Counted from the stretch's first letter, positions 8,989 through 23,616 are shown. The stretch: 64,000 nucleotides of DNA from Macrostomum hystrix (GCA_950097015.1 CATNEN010000001.1:19220001-19284000); one strand, 5' to 3'. The notes: generated from the letters alone by a model not told the origin. Translations and numbers: made by a program.

Positions 8989-11900
8989 TTATAAAAAAAA
9001 TCATAATTATAATAAAGAAAATTGCCTTCTGTAGGTACTAAAATTGAGAATTAGTACCTTTTAATACACCCGTTGTAACTCTCAGGGCTAGCCAACTAGG
9101 ACAAGCATAACTCAATGCGTTATTTGGAAATTTCTATATATAAAACATGAATATGCACACGTATTTACTGATGCATTTCCATCACATCCATCATTATTTT
9201 TTATATAGATGACATAATTGGTTTTTTCGAAACTCAACTATTTGAGCCATCTCAACCCAAAGTGTTTTTAAGATTATACTCATATCTATGAGTATATACT
9301 TCTGAAAAGTATAGTATGTTTCACTTCTAAAAGTGAAAGGTTTTTTACATACGCGTTTTAAAAAAATACGTTTAAAAAATACGTTTCACGCCTAAAGCAA
9401 TAAAATTTCCGCGGCATTTCCGTGGAAAATCCCGTCACTTATTTGCTAAAAGCTAGATATTTAATTTTTTTACGACAATGAGATATTTTTTAAGTATAAT
9501 TAAAGTCCATTTAAAATCTGATCCTCTTCTCATAACATCTTTACTTTTCGCCAAATAAAAAACGAACTTTCAATTCACAGAAGCATACTACGACTTCAGA
9601 GTTCCACGAGATTTGCTTTTTGAAAGCGAAAAATCTAAAAGTTATGTTTTTTTCTGAATTTTTATTTCAGTACACGACTAGTGCTCGATCGTCATCTTTA
9701 AAATGGGTTACCAAATACTTTAGCCGGGTTATAAAGTTGGTGTGAGCCGGCCTCCTGAGTCCATGCCTATAAAATTATACACAAGCCTTTGCAAGATTCT
9801 GCCGTGGCTGCATGTACATAGCCCAACTGTGCTAGGCGTTATATTCTTTTTCAACGATGTAAACCATGTTTCTAAGGTCCTTCGGCACTTAAGCTACAAA
9901 AAATTACCAACGATTCAATAGCAAAACTGCACTATTGTAATCGAACACTGATCAATAACTGAATGATAGCTATAAATAGTCATGATGCTCACACAACGAA
10001 GGTATTTTAAGCAATGGAATATGTGCAAAAAATCTAAGTTACAGCTAGCAGCAGCAAATGATACAGCTTGATACAGGGATACCATTTCTTCGTACACGTA
10101 TGATCCTGGTACAAAAATTGGTTTGTCCTTGGTTTTATCAAAGTTGTCATAAATATACTACTGAAATTGTTTTATCATTTTGTAATAAGTGTCCCAGAAT
10201 GCTTTGCGAAACTGAAATAATAATATATAACACTTCACATTATATAACAGCATAATGTTTTAATAAATTTTAAAAGCTTTGCTTAAAGTAGTTAAACCCG
10301 TCGATTATGCTTTGAGCTTTCGCAAAGTCAATTCTTTTGAAAATCCAAAATTTCCTGGAAAGAACGACAAACAAGGGGACCAAGGAGCAAAAAAGAATAA
10401 CTCAGTAATGTTATAGACGGGTCTTTTAAAAAAGTAATTTAGCTAATATTGATCTATGCCTAAGAATCAGCAGTTTTTGTGAATGCGACTGCAACCAGTG
10501 ACTATGACTTTTAGATGCGTAGTAAGTTAAGTACTACTTTGCGAAATTAATGCGACAATCCTTGTCTTTGTGATGCAGCAGTACATTTAAGTTTATTTAT
10601 TTTCAATTAAAAAATTCATTTCTTAAAATTGTTTAGAATAGCAAAATCGACCTATATGTAATGTACATAAAAATATTTTTGCTGGCTATTAATAAAGAAA
10701 CACAAGCAAGCCAAATGATACTAAAATGATCAATTTCAAAAGCATGTGGCTGTGGGCTAAAATGTTTTGGGCCGAACTGGCTATTGCCAAAATTGCTTGT
10801 GGCTAAAAATAAAAAACTTGAATTCTAGCTATCTACTAATACATGTTTACTTGTAGAGTCTAAGTGTAATTAAAAGTAAACATTTTATCAAGTAGATCTT
10901 TTGCTTGGATTGATTTAAATCAATAAATTTATTACTTTCAATTCATATTTTCATTTTTTGCAAAAATGTTAAGCACTTGCCTAACCTAAGTAAAGGTACA
11001 AAAGTACCCACTACAATGGCTAAAGGAGATTTATGATGACATGAAAGTTTTATGATGCCATTTTGAAAGTCTGATAGTCAGGAAAGAGGCAAATTGTGTG
11101 ATGTAATAATTTTTTGACTGTCAAAATTTTGCACAAACCACTTTGTGCACCAGACAACTATTTATGGCTCTTTTTATAAGGAACAGGTGCAAAATAATTT
11201 TTATCTGCTGTGCATTGTCCACTTAACAGTAATGTTTTGTACTTCTATCTCTCTCATGAATGATCTTAGTATTCCTCTTTATATATTTGTTAAGAATGAA
11301 AGAACACTTCTGAGTATTATATTTGAACTTGGTATGAAACCACAAGCAGGCTTCTTTCATTTTTGCTCCTATATTTATACAAAAATGTACAGATTAAAAC
11401 AAAATAATTCCTGTGTATTAAAACTAGTATTTTATATAGTAAAACTAGTTTCTTGTATTTTATTAAATGTTAGGCCTATAGCATAAAAGGCTAATTGTGC
11501 GTGGTACATTTTTAAGAAATATGACTTTGAGATTGTCTACCACATATGTTAATAGGGTACTAGCTTTGCATAGTTTTACAATACAATCAGATGTTTTTAT
11601 GGGCCAAGTATATTTAACTATTTATTTATAAACACGGTATTATTTTGTAAATCTGAATACAAATTTATTGTACATTTAAAAAATCTTAGAGACATAAATA
11701 AATGAAAAGTAGTAAGGAAACAAAAAGAAAAAGCAACAAATAAAATTCTAAAAATACATATATCAGTTAAATAAAATAATCTTTTTAATTATAATTATAT
11801 TTTTATGATGAAAAAAACTTTCTTTTATTCTAGATTTGTTATAAGCAATTAATGAAAGTTATCTAAAGTTTTAGCAATTATTAGGGACTGTGCATAGCCT

Positions 11901-12330
11901 TGTATCAGCTTATGGTAGTTTATGTCAATGGGTGCCACAAGACTGAGAAGTATACACTCTATTTTCCAACCAAATGCCACTTTCATGACTATTGTGTGAC
12001 ACTAGATCTACTTTACTATTTACTATAACTACATTAGGTGTAGATCAATTCTGTTTTATTGAATTAGTTTTATACTACTTTTCTATATATTTACTAGCTT
12101 TTTTTGCCCGTTGTTTTTGGGGCAGAAATTTAAAGCAAAGCAGTAAGCAATTCACGTCTCTGTATTAACTTTATAGTGAAGGTCACCATTTATTTATTTA
12201 CTGCATTAATGAAAAGTGAAGAGTTTGTTTAAGGGCGTTTTAAGTAAAAAATAAGTGAAAAGTTTGTCCAAACAGCCCCCTCTTGATTACTTCTTTAGAA
12301 ACATGTCTCTTAGCCACTCCTCTATACAGT

Positions 12331-12603
12331 CAGTGGCAGATCCAGGAATTTTGTTTTGGGGCGGTCTGTCAGGGGAGCGCCATGAGAATCACAGAGGGGG
12401 TGCCAGCGGCCGAAAAAGGGCGCCAGGAGCCAAGAAAGGGCGCCAGCGGCTGAAAAACGGGAGCCAGCGGCTGAAAAAGGGGCGCCAGCGGCCGAAAAGG
12501 GGTGCCAGTGCTGCGACTGGCGCCCCTGGTGGGGGCATCTTATTCCCATTATTAAAATTTAGGGGGGCGACTGCCCCCCCGCCCCCCCCTAAATCTGCCT
12601 CTG
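12331..12603. mobile_element. hAT-type MITE (273 bp) nested in the Helitron
   Basis: Imperfect TIRs CAGTGGCAGAT / ATCTGCCTCTG. Perfect 8-bp TSD TATACAGT at 12323-12330 and 12604-12611. GC-rich interior with about 20-bp subrepeats (cgccagcggc[ct]gaaaaaggg). Confidence 0.88.
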
Positions 12604-12755
12604 TATACAGTATGCATGTACACGCGTATACATAAGGAAAATAGCCATGGCATAACAATAACAATGTCAAAGAAACAAAATTAAACTGTTTCAGAGTTCA
12701 GAGTTTGACAGGTCAAGGTCAATTCGTGACTACTTTTCTATTAATTGCTTGCGAG

Positions 12756-13385
12756 TCACCTCAAGGCCTGGGGATACACCACATTCTTCATTCTTCCCCT
12801 TGGTGCGAAAATGAATAGGCCAGCTGGAGTTCCAACACGGGAGCAGGCGACATAAAGCTGCCCATGCGGGAAGCACGGAGTCTCCAGGTTGATGCCAGCC
12901 ACCTTCAGCGACTGTCCCTGAGCCTTGTTAATAGTCATCGCAAAGCACACTCTCACAGGAACTGCAGTCGCTTGAACTGAAATGGCAGGTCCGTGGGGAT
13001 AATTGGAATCCGGGGAACGAACACAGACTCTCCTCTGCCAGATCCAGTCATTATCGTGGCCTCAATCACGTGTGGGAAGAGCCGCCTGACTATCAGTCTG
13101 GTGCCGTTACACAGCCTTGGCGCATTCAGGTTGCGGAGGAGCATAATTGGTGCCCCAACTTTCAGCTGCAAGTTGTGCGATGGAGTTCCAGGAGGATCTA
13201 GAGAGTTCAGAAACTCAACAGGATACTCTACAGCGGTGTCATCAGTCAACGTTGTATCAATTGACTTGTAGGTGAAAACTGCACCTGGCAACTCCTAAAG
13301 CAGTTGGTAGTTAATTTCGTTGGCGGCATCATTTCTAGGACACAGAATTGCCCTCTCTGACAGCCAGTCAACATCAGCATATCGA
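12756..13385 (-). pseudogene. Decayed Helitron Rep/Hel C-terminal Pif1-like helicase fragment
   Basis: Motifs WLSERAILCPRN, LRNLNAPRLCNGTRL, FKRLQF(P)VRVCFAMTINKAQGQSL, HGQLYVACSRV. In-frame TAG at 13297-13295 and a frameshift near 12956. Confidence 0.9.
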
Positions 13386-14472
13386 GAGAAATAGGCTGGC
13401 TGGAGAGAAATATCAACCGGAGAGCCCTGCGCACTGGGACGCCACCGCACTCACCGCACTCAGTCTCAGTGCTGCTTGGGGGCCAGTAGACAGTCTAGGG
13501 GTTTGGGCTGTGTACATTCACGGCTTGAAATACAATGTACAGTCTGGGGCTTCGGCGCCCGGGGAAGGGAGGGGGTGGCTGTAATAAAATTTGGCCCGCA
13601 GAGTGGCGGAGGGGAGTTGGGGTGGCTGTCCTCGGAAAACAAAAAGTGACTCACTTTGAGATGATGCAGCTTTGCTCTGGATTGAGTAGAGATGTTCAAA
13701 ATTGACAGCATTGTTGGAAAACATGTAAAGTGTAAGTGGATCAAATTTGGAGAAAATCTGACAAAGTGGGGCGACGATATGTCGAATTGAGTGATTTTTT
13801 GACGATTTTTGAGCAGTATTTTGCACTTTTGAGCAGGAAGGAAATGATTTTTCGGGAATTTGAGTAGCCTATTGCACTCAGCGTAGGTGGTTTTAGGTAT
13901 GTGCAAAGTTTGGTGCGATTTGGTTGAGCGGTTTCGGCGTCTATAAAGACAAAAGGTTGCACACACACACACACACACACACAGACAGAGTTTTCACTTT
14001 TATATATATAAGAAGATTAGTCAAATCAGAAATGAATAGCCAAGAATTTTTTAATCACATATTTTTTCGTTTAGAGACATTCAATTGTTTTTCAAAAAAT
14101 AAACTAATCAAACTCAATCAGTTATTGAAAATCAAAATCTTGTCTAAAGATCACCTTTTTTGTTTTGTTTACCTTTCTGCTTGTAGTTTTTTATTTTTCA
14201 TACAAGTAACAATGCACTCATTATGTCAGTAAATCAGTATCAGTGATTGTTGGAGAGGGATATGGGCACTAGAATAACATTTAGTGCCAGTAGAGTATTG
14301 GTGCAATAGGCAAACATGTAAGATTGTGCTGCCATATGCCCTCAGTATAGCATTTGTGATATTATGATATATGGTATGTGGGATATTGAGCATCTTAAGT
14401 TTCATTCAGTGAAGAATTATTAAGAATATTACATTGAATGAATTGACATGAAATTTCATATAATTCATTTCT

Positions 14473-17400
14473 ATGACAAAACTTTCAGTTAGCAAATGTC
14501 TAAATCCCAAGGAGGTATCTGCTGTTAGCAAAAATATGGAAGATTCCAGTTCAACTCTATGCAAGCATTTTATTGATAAAAGTGAATCAGATGAGGAGCC
14601 TATGGATTCTGAGTTACTGGCTAAAACACTGGCACCAGATCTTGTGCAGAATAAATGTGCCACCTCACTTGACTGCAACTGCAATCATGTACTTATGAGA
14701 ACCGACACCTTTATTACTCAAGATAATAAATCATTTGAGTTGTCCACTGCGATGCAGAGTATTCACTTTTCCACTCTTAGATTTCATGCAGAACTTCAGC
14801 AAATGCTTGATACAGACTTTCATGACTATGTTGCCCAGGTGAGTTTTTCTGATTTCTAGTTTGTCCTTTGGAATAAAAAACTATAAAATAGATGCATATT
14901 GATCCCTCTAGTTGATGATAATTCTAATTTCATCCCTCTAATTTCTACTTGTATATTCTTAACAGTAATTGAATTAATTTAAAATGACCCATAAGGTCAA
15001 TGATGAATCATAGTAATTGTGCATATTAATTTAACAGTTAACTTGATCATTGACTAGATAATATTAAGGCAAGAGTAGATTAACTTATTTATTTACTTAC
15101 TAAATTTTCCACTTATATAATCGGTTCAGGCTCAGACTCAACAGCCGTCACTCGATAGTCCTTATGTGAGAATTCAATATCTAAGCCCTGATATAATGGG
15201 TGAGGCTAATGATGAGAATGATCAGCAACAGCAGCAGCAGCAGCAGCTGTACTCCACGGATGACGCCGCTAGATTAGCATTTCCAGACAATGATCCTCAG
15301 GATGATGACGACATACAAATACTAGGCATCCAGTTGGCTATCAAAACCGAACTAGACGCTACACTACCAGCTACAGACAATAGTCAGACTGATTTCGCTA
15401 GCTCACTGTCTCCAATGGCTGTCACATTCATGAATTCGGCGCGTCTCTACATACCAAAAACTAATAATAACAGTACTGATGTCAGTTGCTATGAAGCTTA
15501 TTACTGTTTAGACTGTTGCAAACTCACTGATACAGCTGCAGCAGCTGCGGAACACTGGGCAGAGGAAGGTGGCGAGCATTTTCTGCTGCCACTGCCGAGC
15601 GTGTGTCTCGTTCATGAGCAGCAGCCGACTGGTTTAGCTTTGGCTGCGTCGGAGATTTTGGTCTCCTGCTGCTCTTGCAGATTTTCTGTCGCTTTGAAAC
15701 TCGGCATTTGTGAATTATCGACTGCTAAAACTGGGGAAGATTTCATCAGGTTCGTTACAGATTGCATTCAATATTGCAGTGTGACAGACTGCTGTTGAGA
15801 GTGACAGACTGCTGTTCAATGTGACAGACTGCTGTTCAGTGTGACAGACTGCTTTTCAGTGTGACAGACTGGTGTTGAGTGTGACAGACTGGTGTTGAGA
15901 GTGACAGACTGGTGTTGAGAGTGACAGACTGGTGTTGAGAGTGACAGACTGCTGTTGAGAGTGACAGACTGCTGTTAAGAGTGACAGACTGCTGTTGAGA
16001 GTGACAGACTGCTGTTAAGAGTGACAGACTGCTGTTCAGTGCGACAGACTGCTGTTGAGAGTGAAGACTGTTGTTGAGAGTGACAGACTGGTGTTGAGAG
16101 TGACAGACTGCTGTTGAGAGTTACAGACTGGTGTTGAGTGTGACAGACTGGTGTTGAGAGTGACAGACTGGTGTTGAGTGGGACACTGCTGTTGAGTGTG
16201 TGATAGCTGACAGACCGATCAGTGTGACAGCTGACAGACCGATCAGTGTGACAGCTGACAGCCCGATCAGTGTGACAGCTGACAGACCGATCAGTGTGAC
16301 AGCTGACAGACCGATCAGTGTGACAGCTGAGCAGGCACAGAGTAAGCTTAGGGCTTGCGTGCAATTTGCAGAGTAGATTTCAGGGTAGATGTACATCTTT
16401 GTGAGTGTGTGGGCTCTCAGTGATTAGCGATAAGCGAGTGGGAAGCCTATCTGCCCTCAGGTGCGTGGCCAAGGTGTTTTATCACTCGGTGAACGCGCAC
16501 AAGCCGCCAGGCAGCCAAGGCTCGAGCCTGTCCGATTGGCCAGTTGTCAACCTGTCGCTGGGCAAGCTGAGGGCAAGCCTCAGTGAATCAGCTGCTGTGT
16601 ACCCGGTATTCCCAATCAGATCGGAGACTGTGTATCGCTACTTCATCAGCCAGACTTGCCGCAGGCTGGGTTTGGGCTCGGCAGCTCTAGCAATAAGCGG
16701 CGTCGCTCTTCGCAAGCCGCAGCCTGACGAACTGCCGGAGCCGCCTTCGCTGACTCTGCGGCTGGCGGAAAATTGCCCACACAGCAGCGGTGGCAGAGCC
16801 CGGCTGCCAACCCAGCTGGCAAATGTGTTCGTGCTGGCCTGCAGACGCTGTCACGCCATCAGGGATCCGCCGGTTTTGCCCGCAAAGCATTCGCTAAACG
16901 ACAGTCAGGAACCTGCGAGCTGGTGCCAGTGTGATTCGCTGCTGCAGAAACAGCGCGGAGGACTGACTAGCTGCACTATCTTGGTGCCCATTCGAGTGGA
17001 TGTAAGTATTGTCTCCAATTGTCAGCTGAATCTACCCATCCACCCCAGCTGAATCTACCCATCCACCCCAGCTGAATCTACCCATCCACCCCAGCTGAAT
17101 CTACCCATCCACCCCAGCTGAATCTACCCATCCACCCCAGCTGAATCTACCCATCCACCCCAGCTGAATCTACCCATCCACCCCAGCTGAATCTACCCAT
17201 CCACCCCAGCTGAATCTACCCATCCACCCCAGCTGAATCTACCCATCCATTCCCAGCTGAATCTACCCATCCACACCAGCTGAATCTACCCATCCACACC
17301 AGCAGAATCTACCCATCCATTCCCAGCTGAATCTACCCATCCATTCCCAGCTGAATCTACCCATCCATTCCCAGCTGAATCTACCCATCCATTCCCAGCT

Positions 17401-20400
17401 GAATCTACCCATCCACACCAGCTGAATCTACCCATCCATTCCCAGCTGAATCTACCCATCCACCCCAGCTGAATCTACCCATCCACCCCAGCTGAATCTA
17501 CCCATCCACCCCAGCTGAATCTACCCATCCACCCCAGCTGAATCTACCCATCCACCCCAGCTGAATCTACCCATCCATTCCCAGCTGAATCTACCCATCC
17601 ACCCCAGCTGAATCTACCCATCCACCCCAGCTGAATCTACCCATCCATTCTCAGCTGAATCTACCCATCCACCCCAGCTGAATCTACCCATCCATTACCA
17701 GCTGAATCTACCCATCCATTCCCAGCTGAATCTACCCATCCATTCCCAGCTGAATCTACCCATCCATTCCCAGCTGAATCTACCCATCCACACCAGCTGA
17801 ATCTACCCATCCATTCCCAGCTGAATCTACCCATCCATTCCCAGCTGAATCTACCCATCCACCCCAGCTGAATCTACCCATCCACACCAGCTGAATCTAC
17901 CCATCCATTCCCAGCTGAATCTACCCATCCATTCCCAGCTGAATCTACCCATCCATTCCCAGCTGAATCTACCCATCCACCCCAGCTGAATCTACCCATC
18001 CACACCAGCTGAATCTACCCATCCACACCAGCTGAATCTACCCATCCACACCAGCTGAATCTACCCATCCATTCCCAGCTGAATCTACCCATCCATTCCC
18101 AGCTGAATCTACCCATCCACCCCAGCTGAATCTACCCATCCACCCCAGCTGAATCTACCCATCCATTCTCAGCTGAATCTACCCATCCACCCCAGCTGAA
18201 TCTACCCATCCATTACCAGCTGAATCTACCCATCCATTCCCAGCTGAATCTACCCATCCATTCCCAGCTGAATCTACCCATCCATTCCCAGCTGAATCTA
18301 CCCATCCACACCAGCTGAATCTACCCATCCATTCCCAGCTGAATCTACCCATCCATTCCCAGCTGAATCTACCCATCCACCCCAGCTGAATCTACCCATC
18401 CACACCAGCTGAATCTACCCATCCATTCCCAGCTGAATCTACCCATCCATTCCCAGCTGAATCTACCCATCCATTACCAGCTGAATCTACCCATCCATTC
18501 CCAGCTGAATCTACCCATCCATTCCCAGCTGAATCTACCCATCCATTCCCAGCTGAATCTACCCATCCACACCAGCTGAATCTACCCATCCATTCCCAGC
18601 TGAATCTACCCATCCATTCCCAGCTGAATCTACCCATCCACCCCAGCTGAATCTACCCATCCACACCAGCTGAATCTACCCATCCATTCCCAGCTGAATC
18701 TACCCATCCATTCCCAGCTGAATCTACCCATCCATTCCCAGCTGAATCTACCCATCCATTCCCAGCTGAATCTACCCATCCATTCCCAGCTGAATCTACC
18801 CATCCATTCCCAGCTGAATCTACCCATCCATTCCCAGCTGAATCTACCCATCCACCCCAGCTGAATCTACCCATCCACCCCAGCTGAATCTACCCACCCA
18901 TTCTCAGCTGAATCTACCCATCCACCCCAGCTGAATCTACCCATCCATTCTCAGCAGAATCTACCCATCCATTCCCAGCTGAATCTACCCATCAACCCCA
19001 GCTGAATCTACCCATCCATTCCCAGCTGAATCTACCCATTCATTCCCAGCTGAATCTACCCATCCATTCCCAGCTGAATCTACCCATCCACCCCAGCTGA
19101 ATCTACCCATCCACCCCAGCTGAATCTACCCACCCATTCTCAGCTGAATCTACCCATCCACCCCAGCTGAATCTACCCATCCATTCTCAGCAGAATCTAC
19201 CCATCCATTCCCAGCTGAATCTACCCATCAACCCCAGCTGAATCTACCCATCCATTCCCAGCTGAATCTACCCATTCATTCCCAGCTGAATCTACCCATC
19301 CATTCCCAGCTGAATCTACCCATCCACCCCAGCTGAATCTACCCATCCATTCCCAGCTGAATCTACCCATCCACACCAGCTGAATCTACCCATCCACCCC
19401 AGCTGAATCTACCTATCCATCCCAGGTTAACCTACCCATCCACCCCAGCTGAATCTACCCATCCACCCCAGCTGAATCTACCCATCCACCCCAGCTGAAT
19501 CTACCCATCCACCCCAGCTGAATCTACCCATCCATTCCCAGCTGAATCTACCCATCCACCCCAGCTGAATCTACCCATCCACCCCAGCTGAATCTACCCA
19601 TCCATTCCCAGCTGAATCTACCTATCCACCCCAGCTGAATCTACCTATCCATCCCAGGTTAATCTACCCATCCACCCCAGCTGAATCTACCCATCCACCC
19701 CAGCTGAATCTACCTATCCACCCCAGCTGAATCTACCCATCCACCCCAGCTGAATCTACCCATCCACCCCAGCTGAATCTACCCATCCATTCCCAGCTGA
19801 ATCTACCCATCCACCCCAGCTGAATCTACCCATCCACCCCAGCTGAATCTACCCATCCATTCTCAGCTGAATCTACCCATCCACCCCAGCTGAATCTACC
19901 CATCCACCCCAGCTGAATCTACCCATCCACCCCAGCTGAATCTACCCATCCATTCTCAGCTGAATCTACCCATCCACCCCAGCTGAATCTACCCATCCAT
20001 TCCCAGCTGAATCTACCCATCCATTCTCAGCAGAATCTACCCATCCATTCCCAGCTGAATCTACCCATCCACACCAGCTGAATCTACCCATCCATTCCCA
20101 GCTGAATCTACCCATCCATTCCCAGCTGAATCTACCCATCCATTCTCAGCAGAATCTACCCATCCATTCCCAGCTGAATCTACCCATCAACCCCAGCTGA
20201 ATCTACCCATCCATTCTCAGCAGAATCTACCCATCCATTCCCAGCTGAATCTACCCATCCACACCAGCTGAATCTACCCATCCATTCCCAGCTGAATCTA
20301 CCCATCCATTCCCAGCTGAATCTACCCATCCATTCCCAGCTGAATCTACCCATCCATTCCCAGCTGAATCTACCCATCCATTCCCAGCTGAATCTACCCA

Positions 20401-23400
20401 TCCATTCCCAGCTGAATCTACCCATCCATTCCCAGCTGAATCTACCCATCCACCCCAGCTGAATCTACCCATCCACCCCAGCTGAATCTACCCACCCATT
20501 CTCAGCTGAATCTACCCATCCACCCCAGCTGAATCTACCCATCCATTCTCAGCAGAATCTACCCATCCATTCCCAGCTGAATCTACCCATCAACCCCAGC
20601 TGAATCTACCCATCCATTCCCAGCTGAATCTACCCATCCACCCCAGCTGAATCTACCCATCCATTCCCAGCTGAATCTACCCACCCATTCTCAGCTGAAT
20701 CTACCCATCCACCCCAGCTGAATCTACCCATCCATTCTCAGCAGAATCTACCCATCCATTCCCAGCTGAATCTACCTATCAACCCCAGCTGAATCTACCC
20801 ATCCATTCCCAGCTGAATCTACCCATTCATTCCCAGCTGAATCTACCCATCCATTCCCAGCTGAATCTACCCATCCACCCCAGCTGAATCTACCTATCCA
20901 CCCCAGCTGAATCTACCTATCCATCCCAGGTTAACCTACCCATCCACCCCAGCTGAATCTACCCATCCACCCCAGCTGAATCTACCCATCCACCCCAGCT
21001 GAATCTACCCATCCATTCCCAGCTGAATCTACCCATCCACCCCAGCTGAATCTACCCATCCATTCCCAGCTGAATCTACCCATCCATTCCCAGCTGAATC
21101 TACCCATCCATTCCCAGCTGAATCTACCCATCCATTTCCAGCTGAATCTACCCATCCATTCCCAGCTGAATCTACCCATCCATTCCCAGCTGAATCTACC
21201 CATCCACCCCAGCTGAATCTACCCATCCACCCCAGCTGAATCTACCTATCCACCCCAGCTGAATCTACCTATCCATCCCAGGTTAACCTACCCATCCACC
21301 CCAGCTGAATCTACCCATCCACCCCAGCTGAATCTACCCATCCACCCCAGCTGAATCTACCCATCCACCCCAGCTGAATCTACCCATCCACCCCAGCTGA
21401 ATCTACCCATCCATTCCCAGCTGAATCTACCCATCCACCCCAGCTGAATCTACCCATCCATTCCCAGCTGAATCTACCCATCCATTCCCAGCTGAATCTA
21501 CCCATCCACCCCAGCTGAATCTACCCATCCATTCCCAGCTGAATCTACCCATCCATTCCCAGCTGAATCTACCCATCCATTCCCAGCTGAATCTACCCAT
21601 CCATTTCCAGCTGAATCTACCCATCCATTCCCAGCTGAATCTACCCATCCACCCCAGCTGAATCTACCCATCCACCCCAGCTGAATCTACCCATCCACCC
21701 CAGCTGAATCTACCCATCCACCCCAGCTGAATCTACCCATCCACCCCAGCTGAATCTACCCATCCATTCCCAGCTGAATCTACCCATCCACCCCAGCTGA
21801 ATCTACCCATCCACCCCAGCTGAATCTACCCATCCATTCTCAGCTGAATCTACCCATCCACCCCAGCTGAATCTACCCATCCATTACCAGCTGAATCTAC
21901 CCATCCATTCCCAGCTGAATCTACCCATCCATTCCCAGCTGAATCTACCCATCCATTCCCAGCTGAATCTACCCATCCATTTCCAGCTGAATCTACCCAT
22001 CCATTCCCAGCTGAATCTACCCATCCATTCCCAGCTGAATCTACCCATCCACCCCAGCTGAATCTACCCATCCACCCCAGCTGAATCTACCTATCCACCC
22101 CAGCTGAATCTACCTATCCATCCCAGGTTAACCTACCCATCCACCCCAGCTGAATCTACCCATCCACCCCAGCTGAATCTACCCATCCACCCCAGCTGAA
22201 TCTACCCATCCATTCCCAGCTGAATCTACCCATCCACCCCAGCTGAATCTACCCATCCACCCCAGCTGAATCTACCCATCCATTCTCAGCTGAATCTACC
22301 CATCCATTCCCAGCTGAATCTACCCATCCACACCAGCTGAATCTACCCATCCATTCCCAGCTGAATCTACCCATCCATTCCCAGCTGAATCTACCCATCC
22401 ACCCCAGCTGAATCTACCCATCCACACCAGCTGAATCTACCCATCCATTCCCAGCTGAATCTACCCATCCATTCCCAGCTGAATCTACCCATCCATTCCC
22501 AGCTGAATCTACCCATCCACCCCAGCTGAATCTACCCATCCACACCAGCTGAATCTACCCATCCACACCAGCTGAATCTACCCATCCACACCAGCTGAAT
22601 CTACCCATCCATTCCCAGCTGAATCTACCCATCCATTCCCAGCTGAATCTACCCATCCATTCCCAGCTGAATCTACCCATCCATTCCCAGCTGAATCTAC
22701 CCATCCATTCCCAGCTGAATCTACCCATCCACCCCAGCTGAATCTACCCATCCATTCCCAGCTGAATCTACCCATCCACCCCAGCTGAATCTACCCATCC
22801 ACCCCAGCTGAATCTACCCATCCACCCCAGCTGAATCTACCTATCCATCCCAGGTTAATCTAGCTGCTCCAGCAGAATCTGCCTAAGCTTTAACAGAATC
22901 TGCCCAAGAAGAATTTGCCCAAGCAGAATCTGCCTAAGCAGAATTTGCCCAAGCTTTGAAAGAATCTTCCCTAGCTTCTGCGAATCTGTTTTAGCTCTAA
23001 AAAAATCCCTAGCAGAATCTCCTCACGCTTCAGCAGTATCTGCCCAATCTCTAGCAGAATCTGCCCAAGCTCCCGCAGAATCTGCCCAAGCTCCCGCAGA
23101 ATCTGCCCAAGCTCCCGCAGAATCTGCCCAAGCTCCCGCAGAATCTCACAAGCCATTTAAGAAGCAGACTTTGAAATTCGCAACGCACTCATTCTCCAGA
23201 TCAAGTGGGTTCGCCACCTGCACTGCGCATTCTGTCCTAGCAACAGCTTCTCCGACGCCTCGGCTTGTGTGCGGCACTGCATGAAGCACCACCTGGCTAA
23301 AGTTAAACTTCGCTGCTGTCGTTGCCGACAGGTTCTGAGCTCGCTTGAGCAGCTTCTAGCTCACCGCTGTTTACTAGCACGCGCTCAACCCCCAGATTCA

Positions 23401-23616
23401 AGCTCAAGTTGTGGCAGAGATTTCTTCCCAGACGATGATGGGGACAATCTGAGCGGCGACTCCAATCCCATTGGATGCGGGCAGGTGCTCGCGGCCTGTC
23501 AGGCCTGGGACTCCGCCAACAGCCTGTGCGACCTCACACTTGGTCGAGTGTACCTCACTCTGCTGCCCTATGACCGACTATTGAGCGTGTTCCTTCTTGT
23601 GCCCGGATCTGCCTGA
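14473..23616 (+). CDS. Cys/His-rich atypical zinc-finger protein, paralog 1 (about 647 aa); exons 14473-14838, 15130-15749, 16461-17001, 23200-23616
   Basis: GT-AG introns with consistent phases (0,2,0). Motifs YYCLDC..x12..HW...HFLLPLP, CCSC, FVLACRRC, C2H2-like HCAFC...CVRHCMKHH and CCRC...LLAHRC. Exon-by-exon homology with paralog 2. Start codon uncertain; an upstream exon is possible. Confidence 0.75.
15775..16330. repeat. Intronic minisatellites: 20-bp (gtgacagactgctgttgaga) then 24-bp (gtgtgacagctgacagaccgatca)
   Basis: Visible tandem arrays in intron 2 of paralog 1. Confidence 0.95.
17023..22862. repeat. Intronic 23/24-bp minisatellite (cagctgaatctacccatccaccc / cagctgaatctacccatccattcc), about 5.8 kb
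   Basis: Continuous tandem array filling intron 3 of paralog 1. Confidence 0.97.
22870..23152. repeat. Degenerate-to-perfect 21-bp repeat (cagaatctgcccaagctcccg)
   Basis: About 4 near-perfect copies at 23055-23147 plus degenerate copies upstream. Confidence 0.85.

Larger units (their letters stand above)
12094..14016 (-). mobile_element. Internally deleted (non-autonomous) Helitron
   Basis: Minus-strand 5' end A|TCTTCTTATATATATAAAAG followed by a (TG)n microsatellite. 3' end GCCC-caaaaacaac-GGGC hairpin then CTAG|T. Inserted between A and T with no TSD. Contains a Pif1-type helicase C-terminal fragment. Confidence 0.85.

Noticed and set aside
9000-12090. Short ORFs in the AT-rich region (9915, 10058, 11145)
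   Set aside because: Composition is typical of non-coding DNA; no recognisable motifs or splice-consistent model found.
12756-13434. Host PIF1 helicase gene
   Set aside because: Only the C-terminal part is present, with a stop and a frameshift, inside Helitron termini.
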